The notes under the pieces are model-generated. The model made no database searches. It was not told the DNA's origin and saw only the letters and a list, made by a program, of their open reading frames with translations. The position numbers were made by a program, and so were the translations under genes. A DNA stretch of 63,971 bases, counting the filler. It is 11 parts of 11 records of this genome, joined end to end, with 100 filler letters (N's around TTAATTAATTAA, not from the genome) between each part and the next. Parts side by side here need not be neighbours in the genome. Positions count along the whole stretch, not along the records: positions 43,709 to 53,123 come from SRR7504441_9111; positions 53,224 to 56,473 come from SRR7504441_9117; 9 more parts are not named here. One strand, given 5' to 3'. Below are positions 43,709-55,202 of this stretch, piece by piece (positions within the stretch are counted from its first letter, which is position 1; each line of letters begins with the position of its first letter).

Positions 43709-44654
43709 GCGTTCGAGCGGGCCAGTCAGGCGGCCAGCGGCCAGGCGGCCAGCAGCCAGCCGCAGCAGCAGGCTCCGCCGGCGGCCTCAGCCACGCCGTA
43801 CTCGTCCAAGTTCCTGCAGGTGATGCAGGCGGTCCAGAACGGCGAGGACCTGCCCGGAGTCCGCCAGATCGACGACAAGCCGCGCAATGACTCGTTCAGG
43901 GCCACCCCTTCGGATGGCGCCCGCCCCCAGAAGCCCTGGCTCAAGAACCGCACTGTCACTGGTGCCAAGCCTTATGTCAAGGGCCTGAACGGCGGCCCCG
44001 GGGTGAAATATGTCAAACCGGCCGCGGACCCGCGAGAGGCCGACGCGGCGGCGGCTCCCCCGGTGGGCGACAAGCTGCAAGGGCTGCAGGAGTCTGCGCC
44101 ATCGGCCGCGCCGTTGGGACGGGATGAACTGGCCTGGCAGCCGGTGGCCAGCTCTGGCTGGGACTCGACAAATCTGGCCGACTACTGCGGTGAGGCCCGG
44201 CCCTGGGCTGGCGCCAGCGGTGGCTCGACCAGGTGCGGATGCTAGCAAGCCGACCCTGGTGGCGCTGGACGGTCTGGTGTTCGATGTGTCGAGCTCTGAA
44301 AGCTTTAAGCTCGGAACCGGGTACAACGCACTAGCAGGTAGAGACGGGAGCCGGGCCCTGGCGGTGATGTCCCTCAACGAGACTGAACTGAGGCAGCGCG
44401 GGCCGCATCGCCAGCCACTGATTGCGCTGGGGCAGGTCCGATCTAGAGGGTTGTTCGGAAGAGCAGAGGGGAGTTCTCAATGACTGGGTGGCTTATTTCA
44501 AGGACCGGAAGCAGTACCCGCCCTCCTGCCTGAATTGGCACTGGGTGCTCCGGCTGATTTATTGGCCCGCAGGTATCCGTTGGTCGGTTGGGTCCCGTCG
44601 ATTGAACAAAGCACTGAGAACGGGGTAAACGCTCGTGCGGATGTGGAAACGTGA
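43709..44654 (+). CDS. KPWE-domain (PEX14/PEX39-like) + MAPR cytochrome-b5-like heme/steroid-binding fusion, 5'-truncated
   Basis: PYSSKFLQVMQAVQNGEDLPGVRQIDDKP...RPQKPWL, then LADYC|G...LVALDGLVFDVS...GYNALAGRDGSRALAVMSL...LNDWVAYF...YPLVG. Introns at 44190-44232, 44393-44435 (GC) and 44514-44572. Confidence 0.7.
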
Positions 44655-45105
44655 TGATTTCGATGCCATTTTGACTGATTTTTGACAAGTCAAGTACTGT
44701 CAAGCTGGCTCCGAAAAACGTTGGTAGCAGTTATGCGGAATGTGATCCATTAGACATGTGCGAAGACTACAATCGGGAGTGACTACTCGTGTTTACTTGT
44801 TTAATTAATCAATACATTGCAGCGCATTGTGCACATGCTCGTACTCTGCTCTGCTACCGCAAAAGACGCACCTGCTTGCATACTACCGGGAGCCTGTCTG
44901 CCTGCCAGCCGGTTATCGCCGCCCGCAGCCGAGCACTCGTGGTGCTTGCAGCCTGGGCGGCCAAGGGAGCGGCCGGGAGAGGGATCGCGTACTGATGTTC
45001 ACCGCGTTACTTGATTGGACTGCAGTCGAGCTATTGCCACTGCCTACCTGCAGCAAGACGGGTAAGCTACCGCCGCCTCGCGTCGGCTAGTGGTTTTGTC
45101 TGAAG

Positions 45106-45224
45106 GGAGCTCAGAGTATGCATATTGCGTTCACCGACACGCCACCCCCCGCTTGTACAGCGAGAGGTGGCGGACCGACTCAAACAAGAGGTGTCAGAAT
45201 TGTGCATAAATCATCATTACAGCC
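45106..45224 (-). ncRNA. Putative box C/D sno/scaRNA, target unknown
   Basis: Minus strand: box C ATGATGA 45217-45211, D' CTGA 45197-45194, D CTGA 45114-45111. The internal 13-bp hairpin at 45141-45171 pairs fully only on the minus strand (two G-U pairs). Confidence 0.55.
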
Positions 45225-45401
45225 AGACGCTACGATGGCAAGGCTCAGCTAGCCCACCTCCTGCGCCGGGAATCCTCTCTCATGCCATTCGTTCTCTCGG
45301 GCTTCGCGCGTCCCGCCAACGGCATCGTTTGTAGCTGCTGTGGTGCATGCCCGCTGGCAGCGAGCTCGCATAGTAGGCGCGCGCGCGCGCGTCGCCCTGG
45401 A

Positions 45402-45412
45402 TGAAGTGGGAT
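45402..45412 (-). promoter_or_regulatory. USE-like snRNA-gene promoter element
   Basis: Minus-strand ATCCCACTTCA versus plant USE consensus RTCCCACATCG; lies upstream of the structured region and is followed by a (GC)n run. Confidence 0.35.
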
Positions 45413-45448
45413 TCATGACCATTCATTCGTAATACTCTTTATATTGCG

Positions 45449-46261
45449 TCATAACGTGATTGAAGGATGCACAATTCTATCACTTGTGAGGTCGACGCGC
45501 TCCCAAATAGTCGAATCCCGCACCAAGTTTATCACTCTGTCGGCTTCTCTATCAATGTACTCTGTAACACCCTCCATACCTGCAGGCGCTGTGAAACCAA
45601 ATATTGCGTGCCCCTTGGATCCGTGAGTGAGAATGCCAGGCAACGAAGCTGCATGACTCGATAGTGTGCATACAAAATGATACAGCTCCAGCTCCTGAGA
45701 TCCTAGACAGTTGCCACACGGAGATCCGGGCTGCAGCTCTGGCACGTACACCACTGGGTAGCCCAGTAGCACACCCATCAAGCTCGGAGCTATCTCTGGA
45801 TCGAGCCCCTCCAGTGTCCCGTCGCACCTCAGCCGGTCGCAGCCCTGAATTATGCGCTCCACGATGAGATCGCGGCGTGGGCCTGCCGGGATAGCGCAGG
45901 GCGTCGGGTTGCTAGCTGCCACATCGACGAACAGGAAGCGGGCGAAGCGGTCGGCGGCGTCCGCCTCGAGCTGTTGCCAGACCCGGTGCTTGTGGAGCAG
46001 CACCGCGCACTGGAGCACATCCACGACCTCCAGCTCGGCCGCCCAGCCGGCCGAGCCCAGCTGTGCGAGCATCTGGCTCCACTCGGCGCTCGGTACGAAC
46101 ACCCGGTCCAGAAGGCAGGCGTTGCGCACCCCGCCCGCCACCGCAAGCACGTCGAGCAGCTGCGCCACCTGAGCTGTCCCAGGCTGGCTGCCCCCACGCC
46201 TCCGCCCCCGCCGGGTCAGCTGCGCCAGAGAGTCCAAGAAACCTGCGCACCAGTCCTCCAT
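45449..46261 (-). CDS. UPF0739/C1orf74 (DUF4504)-like protein
   Basis: VLAVAGGVRNACLLD, LMGVLLGYPVVY...NCL...FGFTAP. Confidence 0.65.
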   Translation of the reverse strand: MEDWCAGFLDSLAQLTRRGRRRGGSQPGTAQVAQLLDVLAVAGGVRNACLLDRVFVPSAEWSQMLAQLGSAGWAAELEVVDVLQCAVLLHKHRVWQQLEADAADRFARFLFVDVAASNPTPCAIPAGPRRDLIVERIIQGCDRLRCDGTLEGLDPEIAPSLMGVLLGYPVVYVPELQPGSPCGNCLGSQELELYHFVCTLSSHAASLPGILTHGSKGHAIFGFTAPAGMEGVTEYIDREADRVINLVRDSTIWERVDLTSDRIVHPSITL

Positions 46262-46388
46262 TCTTCTCTGCAGCGCGACTGGGCACAGCCGCGGCGTTGC
46301 ACCGGTCAGTGCCCGATTGATCAATGAGTTCCGTTATTTTGGCAATCCGGCCACGGCGCCCAAGTGGTGTTCGAGCAGCGCCCGCAGC

Positions 46389-47400
46389 ATGGCCGAAATG
46401 TCACTGGAGATGGTGCGCTGGTCGGTCCGATCGGGGCTCACCGTCTACAGGTGGACGTGCTGGTGATGGGCGACCAAGCGGCCCGGCTGGCCAGCATGTT
46501 GGCTTCTCCCGAGCAGCGGACCACCTGCTCCAACTATCTCGGAATCAACCGGGTGTCGCACGTATTCTGCGGGGATGACTACTGGTACACGGTGGCTCGA
46601 CGGGCTGCCGGTGCTCTGAGCCCGGCCGCAGTTGACCTTTGCGATGCTCGAGAATTACCTTTTCGACCCGTTCCTGATCAACAACGCGACCGAGGCGTTC
46701 AATTGCGTCGTGGTGACCTACACGCAGGGAGATGACGAGAGTCTGAGCGCGGCCACCGAGCTGATGAACAAGTGAGCATCCCTGAATGATGGCGTGTCTG
46801 CCCGGCCTGTGTCGCTGTCCACAACCCTTTCGCCCTCACTATTTCGTCCACAGGTTTGTAGTGAAGAACAACAGCTGTGTAGAAAAGAAGCCTAAAGACG
46901 CCAAGAAGAGCTCAGTTCTAGCCACAGCCAGTGTAGGGGATGACGATACGATCATCGGGATCCCTGCACCTCCGGAAACTAGACCGGTTGGGTTAGGACT
47001 CTTGGTCGCAGTGAACCCAACTCCCTTTGACGAGTCTACACAGCAGCGCCAGAGCTTCCTCCCGCTGACATCGTCTGGTCGTGAGTGAGTAATCCGGCAA
47101 TGCAACCGCTGAGGTGTGCGGCTGGGTGCAGCGCTGCCGATCCAAGAGTCGCAACGGACGCAGCACGAATCGCGGAGCAACACAATACCGCTGCCATGTG
47201 AGTCACTTCACGCTCTTTAGAGTCCAGTATTTTATTTTGCTTGTTTGATTTATGCTGGGTGCAGCTATCTCGGAGAGGAGGACATCGACTCTTGTAAGAG
47301 GGTCTGTCAATGGATCCTTGCTGCTTTCTCCCAATGCAATCCTGAGCACCAAATATCAGACAAAAGAATGCGCTCCGTATTAGCAAGCCTGCGTAGCTGA
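46389..47400 (+). CDS. Hypothetical protein, possibly a degenerate Ras-like fold
   Basis: Five GT-AG introns give a continuous ORF: VDVLVMGD...CVVVTYTQGDDESL...LLVAVN; no GxxxxGKS. Confidence 0.45.
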
Positions 47401-47785
47401 TCTTGAAACGCCCTATAACAGTATTAGTATGTTACAGTATTGTTGATGACCATTGAGTTTATTTGAGTTGATTATCTATGTAGATCTATATTAAGCTTTT
47501 AATAATTTAAGCTAACTGCTTTCAAGATGATCATGCTCGATGATCACGTGTTGCACTCATTAGCACTCATGATTACGACACCCACCAAACTAGTAATTCG
47601 GATTCAATGAGACTCGTGACCATGCGTAGCAGAGTAGTAGCGAAGAACTAAGTTTGCTATAAGCAAAATGGTACCCAAAAGTAGTGGCTTCTAAGCGGCT
47701 TCCGTTGAAACTAAGCTGTTCTGAAGCCTGACAAGATTGATTTCTCAAAGCTTTGGCACTTTGGCACTCGTCAAGCCTTTTCAAA

Positions 47786-50700
47786 TCATCTCGCCTTGGG
47801 CATGGTACGTGTAGGGGAAGCCGGTGTGAGGAGATTTTGTCCAATCCCACGCACCGTGTGAGAGTTTGCTCGACTCATTTTGTTCACATTTTGAATGGCG
47901 TAGGTGTCCCAGGGCTCAATCTCAAACTTGGAGCCAGCTTCTTTCTTGTGATACAGGCTAAGCGCTGAGATTGTAAGCCGGGCATTCTTGATGTTTGTGA
48001 CCAAGGGAATGGCATTCGAGAGTGCAGCCTGGCGCAGAATGTAACCATTCGTTTCGTTATTGCTTGAGAAGCGGCTCGCAGGAATATCAATCACAAAGTC
48101 TATGATCCCCTCTGCCATCCTTTCTGCACAGTTAGGGTGTTCGTTGCTGAGTGGGTGTGGGATGGCCTGCAAGCATATTATCAGACCGAGTTAGCGCCAG
48201 AAAGCGCTACCTCAGTCTTGATACCATGCTGTTCCAGGAATTTAGAAGTTCCTGGTGTAGCATACAGTTTCAAGCCCAGATCCTCCAGCATGTGTATGCT
48301 CTCCAAGAATTCCAGCCGGTGGCTTTCCCGGCCGATAGCAATCAGAACGCCCTTTTTGGGGATCTTGAACCCTGTTGCTAGAATCACCTAGCGAAAGCAG
48401 TGAGGATTCGTTGCATTGTGTTGCGGTGATAAGACTCATTACTGACCTTGAGATAGGCCTCCTTAAGATTCTGTCCAAAGCAGGCAACTTCACCAGTTGA
48501 TGCCATCTCAACACCAAGCACAGGGTCCGCGCCAAGTAGCCTACCAAAGGAGAACATCGGGGCTTTGATATTGACATATTCGACATCATTTGTTCTAAAT
48601 TGCGGAACCTGAGATGTCAATGTAAGTTCACTGTCACGCTCACTGCAAGGGTTGCACATACCTCATAGCGCAGGCCACACATGATCTTGGTGGCCATGGT
48701 GATGAAATTGAAGTTATAGGTCTTGGAAACAAATGGGAATGAGCGAGACGCTCGAAGGTTGCACTCAATAACTTTGATCTCGTTTGCTTTAGCAAGGAAC
48801 TGAATGTTGAATGGTCCTGTGATGTTGAGCGCGGCCGCAATTTTGAAGGCTGAGCGTTTGATTTGCTTGATGGTTTCCAGGTACAACTTTTGTGCTGGAA
48901 GGATGAGAGTTGCATCTCCAGAATGCACTCCTGAAAGCACAAACAACACTCATGACATTGCTCAGCCATGCTAGCATACCCGCATTTTCCAGATGCTCAG
49001 AAATGGCGAAGCACATAACATCGCCACTGTGAGCAACGCCGTCAAATTCGATTTCCTTGGCGTTTTCGAGAAACTTAGTGATCACAACAGGGCAGTCATT
49101 GGAGATTTTTGTGGCCTCCGACAGATACTCATCCAGCTCCGCCTTGGACGGCACCACATTCATGGCTGCGCCACTCAGGACATAGGAAGGGCGAATCAGA
49201 CACGGATAGCCCACTTCGTCACAGAACCGCTCTGCATCGGCCAGAGTACTCACAGCAGCCCAGGATGGCTGGTCGATTCCCTCTTTATCGAGCATTGCAG
49301 AAAACTTATCACGGTCTTCAGCCCGATCAATGTCAGTTGGAGATGTACCAAGAATGCGACAACCTGCTGTCATGAGAGGCATGGACAGGTTTTGTGGGAT
49401 CTGGCCACCCACCTACACACGCACAGAGAATCAGTGTGGTGGCACCACAAGCAAAACTGACCGAGACAACAATCCCTGCAGACTCTTCAATGCTGTAGAT
49501 ATCCATCACCCGCTCGTACGAAAGCTCCTCAAAGTACAGGCGATCACATTCATCGTAATCTGTGGAAACAGTCTCTGGATTGAAGTTCACCACAATTGTT
49601 TTGATCTGGTTTGCAGCCAGTGTGCGAACACAGCTGACAGCACACCAGTCAAACTCGACGCTGGATCCTATCCGGTATGCCCCACAACCCAAGACCATTA
49701 CACCATGGTCATAAAATTCAAGATCATGCTCTGTGCCGTGGTATGTCATGTACAGGTAGTTGGTCCGTGCAGGGAATTCTCCAGCCAGGGTATCCACTTG
49801 CTTCACCACTGGAGTCACACCTTGCTCGATACGTTTCTGCCTCACGTCGCTCTCTGTGCTTCCATCTTTGAGTGCTTGGCTAATATGCAAGTCACTGAAG
49901 CCCAGCTGCTTCGTGTATCGCATCAGAGGAGGTGTAATATTCAAAAGCTTCACGCTCGGGGTCTGCATGGCCATTTCGAGCCGAGTAATGTTCTCCAACT
50001 TACTGAGGAACCACTTGTCAATCTTAGACAGCTCCCAAATCCGGTCGACAGTGTAGCCCTTATGGAAGGCAGCTGCTATTGAAAGCATACGGCGATCAGT
50101 TGGAACAGACAGTGCTTTGTCCAGCGCTTCGTTGTCTAGTTCCAAATCCTCAGATCGTGGTGTAAAGCCTGCCACAGATCCATCCACCATCCGTACAGCC
50201 TTTTGCATAGTCTCTTCAAAGCTCCGTCCAATAGCCATCACCTCACCCACTGACTTCATTGCACTGCCAATTCTGGGGTCCACATGAGCAAACTTTTTCA
50301 AGTCCCACCTTGGGAACTTGACCACAACATAGTCAAGTGCAGGTTCAAAGCATGCAGTGGTTTCCTGGGTCACTGAGTTCCGAAGCACTGAAAGGTTATA
50401 CCCAAGGGCCAGCTTTGCAGCTACGAATGCAAGTGGATAACCAGTTGCTTTTGAAGCAAGTGCTGATGAACGAGACAAACGAGCATTGACCTCAATGATG
50501 CAATAATCAAGTGTGTTAGGGTCCACAGCGTATTGAATGTTACATTCGCCAACAACACCCAAGTGCCGGATCACTTTGATTGAGGCTTCTCGGAGCTTGA
50601 AATATTCCTCATTTGAGAGGGTCTGCGATGGGGCAATCACAATGGAATCGCCAGTGTGGACACCAAGGGGATCGAAATTCTCCATGTTACACACTGTCAC

Positions 50701-52927
50701 ACAGTTGTCATACCGGTCTCGAACCACCTCGTACTCCACTTCCTTCCAGCCTTTCATGGACTTCTCTACCAACACCTGGGGGCTGTTTGCAAATGCCCGT
50801 GTTGCCAGCTCAACTAGCTCAGCCTCATTGGTGGCAAACCCAGAGCCAAGTCCACCAAGAGCATAGGCTGCACGAATAATGACAGGGTAGCCAATATCTT
50901 TGACAGCTGCCAGGCACTGCTCCATATTCTCTGCTGTGATGCCTGGAGCGACGCGCTCATTAATCTCATTGAGCTTTTGTGCGAAGAGGTCACGATCCTC
51001 TGTGCACTCAATGGTTTGGATTGGGGTTCCAAGCACTTTCACATTGTACTTTCGGAAAACCCCTGAGTTCTCCAGAGCACAGGCACAATTCAAGGCAGTC
51101 TGGCCACCAAATGCACACATGATGCCATCTGGCTTCTCCTTGGCAATGACTTGCTCAACAAAGTCCGGGGTCACTGGTAGGAAGTAAACCTTGTCCGCAG
51201 CATCCTTTGATGTCTGGACAGTGGCAATGTTGGGGTTGATCAAGACGCTGTAAATGCCCTCTTCTCGCAGGACCTTGAGACACTGAGATCCGGAGTAATC
51301 AAATTCTCCAGCTTGGCCAATCGAGAGGCCGCCTGACCCAAGCAGCAACACCTTCTTTGGTTTAAGAGCAGGCGGCTCGACGACCGAAGTCAATGTCAGG
51401 CTTGCTTGAGGTTCGACCACCTTTTTGATAAAATCCTTGAACAGAAATCGGGTGTCGGTTGGTCCTCCGCAGGCTTCCGGGTGGAACTGCACGCTGAAAA
51501 TAGGCTTGGTTTCGTGGGTGATGCCCTCATTGGAGTAATCGTTAGCATTCACGAAGAGCTGCTTCCATCCAGCAGGAAGGCTCTCGGCATCCACACAGAA
51601 CCCATGGTTTTGAGGGGTGATGTAGCACTGCCGGGTTCGGCAGTCAATACAGGGCTGGTTGACACCACGGTTGCCATATGGCATCTTCTTGGTTCTCCCA
51701 CCTGCCAGCAGGCATCGAGTCTGTCCCAGTCTTAGGCAGAATACCAATCGCAAGGGCCAAAAGTTGGTTTCCTAGACAGATCCCGAAAATTGTTTGGTCG
51801 GCGGCTACCGCCTTCTTGATGTTGGCAATTGTTTTGGCACACTACAATTGGCTAATCAGGGCCAAGCTGCAAGCACACAGAGAGACCTGCGTCGGGTCAC
51901 CCGGACCGTTGCTGAGAAACAGCGCGTCGTACTTCTCCTCCAAAAAGTCGTAATCCCATGGGACGACGATGAGCCTCACCTACTCAGCGATCAGGGCAAT
52001 CTTTGTCGGGCGTCACCTTGTGCGAGAGTAGCTGTCGGATGATGTTGTACTTCATACCACAGTCGACAGCAAGCACAGTGCACTGAAGCCAGACGGTCAC
52101 ACGAGCGACAGGGTGGGCCAGACCGTAGCGTCAGGAGTGTCGTTGAAAACCTTCTTCTCTTTGCACGAGACCTCGGCTACCAGGTTCCGCTTGTTTGGAT
52201 CGTCGAACGGGATGTCTTCTGCATCGGCTTGAACAATCTGCAGCAATCCCCACTCAGCCTGCAGTTGGCGCTGCTGTCGCGACCTTGCCCAGCAGGGCTC
52301 CGCTCTCACGAACCAGCTTTGTGATGGCCCGGGTGTCAATTCCATACAGTGCAGGCACGTTGTTGGCAGTGAGCCAGTCTGACAGCGACCTGGCCGAGTT
52401 CCAGTGGCTGTGCTCTTTCGAGTAGTCAGTGATGATCAGTCCCGAAATCTGCGATCCCCATCGGCACGCCCGACTAGGTGAGGGGCGCACGTGGATCTGG
52501 TCCGATTCGAAGTTGGCTAGCATGCCCCACTCGTCCAGGTCAGCAGCCGGCACGCCATAGTTTCCCACGAGCGGGAAAGTCAGCACCAGGATCTGCCAAG
52601 GGTGGATCACCGGCCTGATGGCGGCAAGAGCGCGCCTGCCCGCGGTAGGACGGATCTGTCAGCGACTCTGGGTAGCCGACCATCGCAGTGTTGAACACCA
52701 CCTGGACACAGAGCAGCTCAGCACTCGTGCAGCGCAGCGACTGAGGGCACCTCGCCAGCGATCGACGTCGAGGCACCGAACGAAAAGCCCTCGAACTCAT
52801 GCCCACCCTGGAGCACGAGCTTCCCGCGCGGACGCTGCTCCACCTCGGTGATAACATCCGGGACGACCGTCCCCTTCTTTGCTGACCCGCCAGCTGCGCT
52901 GCCCGCCTTCCGCTTTGGTGTAGGCAT
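47786..52927 (-). CDS. Glutamine-dependent carbamoyl-phosphate synthetase (fused GATase + CPSase, no DHOase/ATCase)
   Basis: [19 protein letters not shown] (catalytic Cys), [25 protein letters not shown], two ATP-grasp halves and an MGS-like tail; 13 short introns. Confidence 0.92.
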
Positions 52928-53123
52928 GCTCCGATGCTCGGCGTATTGCTGCTCCCGGTACCGTGTCCGTTGGGATTCAAAAAAGGCCCCGCGCTGATGA
53001 ATTTGATCTGTCATTTCGCGGAAATGCGTTCTAAATGCGTTCCGGATGTGGAAGGCCGCAGTCAGAAGCGCCAATTGAGCGGACGGATGGCTGCAGCCCC
53101 GAGTAGGGTGAGATTCCCGAAGT

Positions 53124-53223
53124 NNNNNNNNNNNNNNNNNNNNNNNNNNNNNNNNNNNNNNNNNNNNTTAATTAATTAANNNNNNNNNNNNNNNNNNNNN
53201 NNNNNNNNNNNNNNNNNNNNNNN
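53124..53223. other. Artificial contig spacer
   Basis: N44-TTAATTAATTAA-N44. Confidence 0.98.
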
Positions 53224-53633
53224 GGGGGGGGGGGGCTCAGCTGGCTAGTCACAGCTAGTGCTAGCCATTTTAGCGCGCAAGCTGTTGCACCGCAGATTGT
53301 TATCTATTCAAACCTACTTGGAGCTTAGCACTCTGAGCTAGTACAAGGCGATCTAGACTAGCCCGCCGCTAGAGCAGCGTGCAGTACCCGCCCCCAGGCC
53401 CAGCGGCCACCGTTGGAGCCGGCACCTGCCTCCTCTCGCTCAGCCCGGGCCCCTCCGCGGGTCCTGCACCTCACCGGTCGTCACTCTATCCAGATGCATC
53501 GTGCCATCCAGCTGCCGGTCCCACCGGCCCACCGCCGGGGCAGTCGGCAGGCTCTGCGCTAGCTTCGGGCACCGAAGCCGCCAAGCAGAGCCCAGCCGAG
53601 CCAACGCGCCCGGGTCCACGTCCTGCGACAGGG

Positions 53634-54369
53634 CTAGGCCGGGGATGCCGCCAGGGGCGCCTGGTGCGGCCGGGGCTCGGGGTACTCGGCCAGCGTGGTC
53701 GGCTCGAGCACGCCGTGCCGCAGCTGCTCAAGCCGTTCTCGCTCGATGCTTGTGTCGTCGGCCTCGTCATCGGCCAGCCCGCGCATCCCCCACATCACCA
53801 CTTCCTGGGCTGCCCCCGGCTGGGCATGCCCCCCCCCCTCGCCGCACCTGTCTCGGTGACTAGCTCGGCGGGGATGAGCAGCTTGGGGGCGTCGGCCTGC
53901 CGTTGGGACGGGAAAGGCAGGATCTTCTGGGCAATGAACCACCAGCCCCGGCGGCCCGGAAGGATCCGGCGCGGGTAACGGGCCCAGAGCACCACCGGGC
54001 CCACACCGGCCGCCCAGCCCGGCCCTCCGTGCGTGCTGCCCTCGGCTGGCCATGGCGCCCCCCATGGCGCACCCGAAGTCCACAAGGTTCCAATCGGAGG
54101 ATCGGGCGGCCGGATCCCACCCGGTGACCAGCCAGTACGGCCGACCGGCCAGCGGTGCCGCCCGCAGCCAGTCCGGCAGCTGGTGCTGGCCCCAGTCGCT
54201 GCCCGGCCTTAGGACCCCTGGCAGACCAGCGGCACCCGGGCTGGTAGTGCGGCCAGAGCCGAGGCGGGGCGTCGTCTAGCTGCTCGGGTGAGGGCTCGAG
54301 CACCGGCGACTCCACCCGCACCCCGCCCGGCCCCTCCGGCAGCGCGATGCAGGCCGGCCGCACACTCAT
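53634..54369 (-). CDS. Hypothetical protein (3' end uncertain)
   Basis: ATG at 54369; frames joined by GT-AG introns of about 37 nt (RPYWLVTGWD...DFG|THGGPGW...WWFIAQKILPFP). Confidence 0.4.
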
Positions 54370-54403
54370 CCTCTCCCAAGCACCGGGTGCTGATGCCGTT
54401 GTG

Positions 54404-54983
54404 ATGGAGGAGCTGGAGTGGCGTGACGGGCGCGAGCTGGAGCTGGACGACGCGCTCGACCCGGCGCCGGCGGCCCGTGAGCCGCACCGGCTGGCCGTCG
54501 ACCTCGGGCCGGACCCCCAGGCCCCGCCCGCTGGCGCCCCGGCCTGAGCTTGCCGCAGGCGGTGTTGGGCTGGCTTGACGGGCTGGGCGAGGTCTTCGAC
54601 CAGGTCTGGCTGCTCTGGCCGGCCGACGCCCCGCCGGTGGGGCTGGCGCTCGGGCCGGGGATGAGGGTGGTGCTCTGCCGAGGCGCGTCCGAGCGGGCGG
54701 AGGCTTGTCGGGGTGCGTCGCACGCGGTGGGCCGGCAGCTGGGCTGGCTGGAGCTGCTGCGTGGGCTGGTGCCCCAGGCGCGGCCCTCGCTGGCTGCCGG
54801 ACGAGCCGGGGGCAGCGGTACCTTATCATGCGGCGCGGGGCACGGGCGGAGCGGCTGCAGGGGGTGCGCGGGCTGGACGGGTGGGCTGAGCTGGGCCGGC
54901 TGTTCGTGCGCACCCGATGGGGAGTGGGCGAGCTCGACAGCCAGTTGAGCCGGCAGTCAGAGGCCGCCGTCGCTGTGGACTGA
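54404..54983 (+). CDS. Hypothetical protein
   Basis: ATG at 54404; frames can be joined by short introns, including a GC-AG at 54521-54558. Confidence 0.4.
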
Positions 54984-55202
54984 TTCATTGTCCTCACTCG
55001 CGGTACCTATAGCGAGCTCGATTAGTAACCGAATCGTGTGACAGGATTTCTGTGACGACTCGCTAGAAAAAGACTCGCATGCGATACTCCAACAATAAAA
55101 GTTTAGAATTGAAGTTGTCCCCCAAATCCGAAATGCGCTAACACGATAACTATGTTAACATCGTATTGTATTAGTAATGTCCGCGCTTGCACGCATTAAT
55201 TA

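Noticed and set aside
44860-45360. Telomerase RNA, RNase P/MRP, U3, SRP or spliceosomal snRNA identity for the structured locus
   Set aside because: No CUAACCC/CUAAACCC-type template, P4 motifs, U3 box A/B, SRP helix 8 or U1/U2/U4/U6 signatures were visible; left as an orphan.
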